From positions 5,460,001 to 5,492,000 of the forward strand of contig NC_008312.1 in assembly GCF_000014265.1 (NCBI RefSeq): a DNA stretch of 32,000 nt, read 5' to 3'. The stretch is from Trichodesmium erythraeum IMS101 (lineage in GTDB: Bacteria; Cyanobacteriota; Cyanobacteriia; Cyanobacteriales; Microcoleaceae). The translations under genes were made by a program, and so were the position numbers. Every line of letters begins with the position of its first letter. The stretch's first letter is position 1. The notes beneath the pieces were generated by a model. The model had not been told where the DNA came from, searched no databases, and worked only from the letters and a program-made list of their open reading frames with translations. Shown piece after piece: positions 27,633-32,000 of this stretch.

Positions 27633-28577
27633 ATGGATAGACAAATACTAATTTCTTCAGATGACTATCAGGGCTGGTATAATGCGGGAGTAAATCTTAG
27701 TACACTGGGAAAATATCAGCACGCTATTATTGCTTTTGATAAGGCAATAAAAATTAAACCTGACTACTATGCTGCCTGGAATAATAGAGGCAATGCATTA
27801 AAAATATTAGGTAGATTACACTTAGCTTTAAATAATTTTAATCTAGCTATAAATATGGAACCAAATTATTATTTAGCGTGGTATAATAGAGGGAATTTAC
27901 TAAATGATTTAGGGCGATATCAGGAAGCAATAAGTTCTTTTGAGAAAGCGATACAAATTCAACCTAGTTTCTATCAAGCTTGGTACAATTTAGGAATTTC
28001 TTGGAATCGTTTAGGACATTACCAAGAAGCTTTTGAAAATTATCAGCAAGCAACAAAAATTAAACCTAATTTATATCAAGGGTGGTATAATGAAGGTAGA
28101 GTATTGTTTGACCTCGGAAGGTATCAGAGATCTTTGAAAAGTTTTGAGCAGGTAATAAAACTTAAACCTAATCATTATCGAGCTTGGAATTTTAAGGGAA
28201 AAACCTTATTTTATTTAGGGGATGCGGAAGGAGAAATTATGAGTTATGAGAAAGCAATAGAGGTGAAAATAGACTATCAGGAAGCTTGGAATAATTTAGG
28301 TCAAGCTTTGTCGAATTCAGGAAATTGGTATAAGGCGATTATTTGTTTTGATAAAGCTATAGAAATTAAGCCAGGTTATTCTTTGGCTTACTATAATAAA
28401 GCTCGTTGTTACGCTTTGCAGGAAAAGGTATATTTAGCAATTGAAAGTTTAGAAGAAGCTATTAATTTAGGGACTGATAAATACTACCGAGAAATGGCAC
28501 AAACTGATACTGATTTTAATAATATTCATTTGAATCCTAAGTTTCAGGATTTAATTAAGAGTGATTTGATGTCTTAG
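27633..28577 (+). CDS. Tetratricopeptide-repeat protein (about 8 consecutive TPRs)
   Basis: A 34-aa periodic W-N/Y-N-x-G-x-x-L-x-x-L-G-R-Y-Q-E-A-I-x-x-F-E-K-A-I-x-I-K-P-x-Y pattern repeats throughout. Confidence 0.9.
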   Translation: MDRQILISSDDYQGWYNAGVNLSTLGKYQHAIIAFDKAIKIKPDYYAAWNNRGNALKILGRLHLALNNFNLAINMEPNYYLAWYNRGNLLNDLGRYQEAISSFEKAIQIQPSFYQAWYNLGISWNRLGHYQEAFENYQQATKIKPNLYQGWYNEGRVLFDLGRYQRSLKSFEQVIKLKPNHYRAWNFKGKTLFYLGDAEGEIMSYEKAIEVKIDYQEAWNNLGQALSNSGNWYKAIICFDKAIEIKPGYSLAYYNKARCYALQEKVYLAIESLEEAINLGTDKYYREMAQTDTDFNNIHLNPKFQDLIKSDLMS

Positions 28578-28976
28578 AAGGAAGACTTTTGAGTAGGAGA
28601 CCTATTCATAAGCCCTTTTAGTACGAGGAGTAGTAGAAAGGATATTGATTGTATAAAGGTCTCCGTACAACATTTAAAAATTAATACAATTCGAGAGGGT
28701 TTATTGACGGATAAACTTACTTCTTATTTATTTTGGGCGGGCAATTATTTGTTTAATTTACTTGATGCAAATAACTAATATAATTTACGGAATTTAAAAG
28801 TAAAAATTTATACATTAATATTTTAAAAGTTTAATTTTTTTATGCAACAGTAATTTCAGTATTTCATATTTCAATATCAAGTTTTAATATCAATATAAGT
28901 AGTGTAGCCTAAGTTAATGAAATTAGTTTAATATATAAAAAGTTAAATAATTAAATAATCAAATAATCAAATAATT

Positions 28977-31328
28977 ATGATGGAATGGTTAATTACTTGG
29001 GGAGCTGGTAAAGCAGTTGAGTTTCTTGCTGAGAAAGTTATCGGAGAGTTAGTTAAGGGTGCTGCTGAAGACTACGTTAAAGATTTTTTTAAGCAATGTT
29101 TTTCTAATGCTATTAGCAACATAACAGAGAAAGAACCTTTGCAAAAAGCTATGGCAGAAGCAACTAAAGAATTTTTAGAATTAGTACAAAAAGAATTAAA
29201 AGAAGTTGGCGTGGATGAAAGTCAATTAGAGCAGTATATTAAACCCTTAGAAAAGTTTATTAAAAATAAATCAGTTTTGGCAATTTTGGGTAGTGCTTTT
29301 GAGGAAAATATAACTCTAGATATTAAGCAATTAGCTACTATTGGGAATCAAATAAACCCATCTTTTTTACCAGATGAATTTGACTGGGACTTAGTTATCA
29401 GGCAATACCAGAGAAAAGTCAAAAAGATTATTCAAAAATCAGATGAATTACGGCAAATATTAGATTCCAAATCTCTGGAAGAACTGGCAAGTCAAACTTC
29501 AGTCAAACCCGAATTTAACTTAATAAAACATCAAGAGGGAATTCGAGAAAGATATGGCAACCTCAGATTAGACAGTTTAGATACTAAAGGTCTCGCTTAT
29601 AACATCGAATTATTGAAAATTTTTATTCCTCAAAAAGTACGGAAAATTCAAGAATTTATACCTCAAATTCATCTTATGCCCAAACAATATCAACAGCAAT
29701 TAAAAGAGACTGGGCAGTTAGAAACAGCACTTTCTCAAGAACAATTAGAAAGTTTGGAGCGCCAATATTTTGAACAGCAGACTCGTTCAGTTTTAGAATT
29801 ACAAAAAAACAAAGAATATCAATATTTAGTAATCTTAGGTGACCCTGGTTCTGGTAAGTCTACTTTATTAAGATATATAGCTCTTGAGTGGACAAAAATA
29901 TTACCCAAAGATTTACCTTTTCATCCAATTCCTATACTAATTGAACTGCAAACTTATATGGGTAATTATAATGAAAAAAAGTGTGAAAATTTTCTAGATT
30001 TCCTAGAAAAAGGTAGTGGAGTTATTTGTCATATCTCTCAAAAGGAACTTCATAACAAATTAAAAAAGGGTGAAGCTATTGTCATGTTTGATGGGTTAGA
30101 TGAAGTTTTCGACCCTGAAAAACGAGAAAGGGTAATAACTGATATTCATCGGTTTACTAATGACTATAAAAAGGTGCGAGTTATTGTTACTTCGCGGGTA
30201 ATAGGTTATAAATTACAAAGACTCCGAGATGCTGAATTTTGTCATTTTATGTTGCAAGATTTAGATGAGGAACAAATTAATTATTTTATTAAAAATTGGC
30301 ATGAGCTTACTTACAAAAGTGAAGAAGAAGAGACAAAAAAGTGGAGAATGGGACGGTTAAAACAAGCAATTAAGGATTTTTCAGCTATTAAAGAAATCGC
30401 TAGAAATCCTCTATTATTAACTATGATGGCTATTATGAATCGTAATCAAGAACTTCCAAAATATAAAGCTGACCTCTATAATAATTCTTCAGAACTTTTG
30501 TTAAAGTGGGATGTAGAAAGGGCGCTTCGTAGAGAAGGGATGGAACAAATTAATCTTGACTCTATAACAATTAAAGACAAGCAGGAAATATTGCGCCGGA
30601 TGGCTAAGTTTATGCAGGAAAATAAAAAAGGTTTTGCTGGCAATTTAATCTCTGAGAATAATGTAGAAATAATTATCAAAGAATATCTAGATTTTCTAGG
30701 TTTTAAGGATGCAATAATTATAGCTAGAGCCCTGCTTAAAGAGTTACGCAATCGGAATTTTATTTTATGTTTTGTTGGGGGTGGATATTATGCTTTTGTA
30801 CATCGAACTTTTTTAGAATATTTCTGTGCCTGGAGTTTTGTTTGGGAGTTTAAGGAGACACAAACTATAAACATAAATCAGTTGATAAATGATGTTTTTG
30901 AGAACCATTGGCGGGATGAAAATTGGCATGAAATTTTGCGATTAATTGCAGGAAAGATTAATGCTAATTTTGTGGGAAAAATTATTGGTTATTTGATGGA
31001 AAAAGATGGGGAAGAAGAAAAATTTATGAATTTATTTTTGGCGGGGAAATGTTTATTTGAAGTTGAACACCCTCAGCATATTGATGAGATAGCTTCTGAG
31101 TTATTGAATAGGTTAAAAGCTTTGACAAATTATAATCTTGATCATATTGACTATGATAGTAAAATTCGTACTCAAGCTGTAAAACTTGTGGCAGAAACTT
31201 GGAGGGATAATCGTTTAAATGAGGCTAATATTAAGACTTGGCTCGATAATATTGCAGAATCTCATAGTGATTTGAATGTACGGGAGAGAGCAAAAGAAGA
31301 GTTAGCTACTAGATGGAAAAATGACTGA
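28977..31328 (+). CDS. NACHT-family STAND NTPase with a ~280-aa uncharacterised helical N-terminal region and a helical-repeat C-terminus
   Basis: Walker A GDPGSGKST (nt 29838-29864), Walker B IVMFDGLDEV (from nt 30078), VIVTSR sensor region and NPLLLTMMA winged-helix motif. The C-terminal NVRERAKEELA is HEAT-like. Confidence 0.8.
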   Translation: MMEWLITWGAGKAVEFLAEKVIGELVKGAAEDYVKDFFKQCFSNAISNITEKEPLQKAMAEATKEFLELVQKELKEVGVDESQLEQYIKPLEKFIKNKSVLAILGSAFEENITLDIKQLATIGNQINPSFLPDEFDWDLVIRQYQRKVKKIIQKSDELRQILDSKSLEELASQTSVKPEFNLIKHQEGIRERYGNLRLDSLDTKGLAYNIELLKIFIPQKVRKIQEFIPQIHLMPKQYQQQLKETGQLETALSQEQLESLERQYFEQQTRSVLELQKNKEYQYLVILGDPGSGKSTLLRYIALEWTKILPKDLPFHPIPILIELQTYMGNYNEKKCENFLDFLEKGSGVICHISQKELHNKLKKGEAIVMFDGLDEVFDPEKRERVITDIHRFTNDYKKVRVIVTSRVIGYKLQRLRDAEFCHFMLQDLDEEQINYFIKNWHELTYKSEEEETKKWRMGRLKQAIKDFSAIKEIARNPLLLTMMAIMNRNQELPKYKADLYNNSSELLLKWDVERALRREGMEQINLDSITIKDKQEILRRMAKFMQENKKGFAGNLISENNVEIIIKEYLDFLGFKDAIIIARALLKELRNRNFILCFVGGGYYAFVHRTFLEYFCAWSFVWEFKETQTININQLINDVFENHWRDENWHEILRLIAGKINANFVGKIIGYLMEKDGEEEKFMNLFLAGKCLFEVEHPQHIDEIASELLNRLKALTNYNLDHIDYDSKIRTQAVKLVAETWRDNRLNEANIKTWLDNIAESHSDLNVRERAKEELATRWKND

Positions 31329-31397
31329 TAAATTTGAAAAAAATAAGCCACGAATTCTCTTATTTTTTTCTATGGAATGTCAAAAGGTTAAATAACT

Positions 31398-32000
31398 ATG
31401 ATTGAACATTTAATTACTTGGATTTCTACTCAAGAGGTTGATTTTTTTACAAAGGAAGTTATTAGAGAATTAGCTAAACGTACACCTAAAGACTACGTTA
31501 AAGATTTTTTTAATTGGCTTATTTTTTACCTAAATGGTAGCAATATAAATACAAAGACTTTAGAAAAAGCAAATGTAGAAGCAATTAAAGAATTTTTGCA
31601 ATTGGTAAAGCAAGAATTAGAAGAAGTTGAGTTAGATGAAAGTCGATTAGAGCGATATATTGAACCCTTAGAACAATTTCTTAAAAATAAGTATGTTTTA
31701 AGAACTTTAGGTAGTGCATTTAATCATAATGTCAAAATTTTAGATACTAAGAAACTAGCTACTATCTGGAATAAAATTAATCCGCCCCTACCCGATGATT
31801 TTGACTGGGTCTTAGTTGTTAAGCAATATCAGAGAAGGGTGAAAAAAATTATTCGAGATTCTGATGAATTACGGAAAATATTAGACTCAGAAACCCTCGC
31901 TCAAATAGCAAATCAAAATTATAAAATTACACCAGAATTTGACCTCAGAAAATATCAAGAAGGAATCCAAGAACAATATGGAAAACTCAAATTAGAAAGT
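31398..32000 (+). CDS. Second NACHT-type protein, paralogous N-terminal region only (3' end outside the window)
   Basis: Not in the supplied ORF track because it has no stop in the window. The frame from ATG 31398 stays open for 201 codons to nt 32000. It aligns colinearly with residues 1-200 of the upstream NACHT protein, roughly half identical by eye (e.g. DYVKDFF, IKEFL.LV.QEL.EV..DES.LE.YI.PLE.F.KNK, LGSAF, DDFDW.LV..QYQR.VKKII..SDELR.ILDS). Confidence 0.75.
   Translation, partial: MIEHLITWISTQEVDFFTKEVIRELAKRTPKDYVKDFFNWLIFYLNGSNINTKTLEKANVEAIKEFLQLVKQELEEVELDESRLERYIEPLEQFLKNKYVLRTLGSAFNHNVKILDTKKLATIWNKINPPLPDDFDWVLVVKQYQRRVKKIIRDSDELRKILDSETLAQIANQNYKITPEFDLRKYQEGIQEQYGKLKLES

Noticed and set aside
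27633-28577. TPR protein as a third component of the NACHT locus
   Set aside because: It is separated from the NACHT gene by a 400-bp AT-rich spacer and is a generic stand-alone TPR array. Nothing in the sequence ties it to the NTPases. Testing this needs synteny data.

Overview
AT-rich cyanobacterial chromosomal DNA. Evidence: at least 11 HIP1 octamers GCGATCGC (3151, 3775, 5333, 15527, 15701, 21396, 24216, 24532, 25358, 26396, 27143) and typical cyanobacterial gene content. The low coding density and decayed genes resemble Trichodesmium-like filamentous genomes, but that is inference only. Intact genes: a 5'-partial ferredoxin-sulfite reductase with a long repeat-rich tail ending in an RHH-like module, rsmE, two TPR proteins, a lipase-like and an alpha/beta hydrolase, a VOC-family protein, a DUF92 membrane protein, a parvulin PPIase, a nitroreductase, an NmrA/SDR protein, xthA, a GIY-YIG protein, a GH116 glucosidase, and two tandem NACHT STAND NTPases (the second runs off the window). 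By my tally only ~18.2 kb (~57%) is intact CDS. The rest is long AT-rich spacer, a frameshifted IS630-family element, a related MITE and several pseudogenes. The outstanding feature is a 3,031-bp array of seven near-identical 433-bp head-to-tail units (11968-14998). Each unit repeats a divergent promoter region plus the first 104 codons of the VOC gene and the first 12 codons of the DUF92 gene. Tandem duplication recurs at four scales in this window (51, 58, ~307 and 433 bp). I recognised no rRNA, tRNA or CRISPR array.
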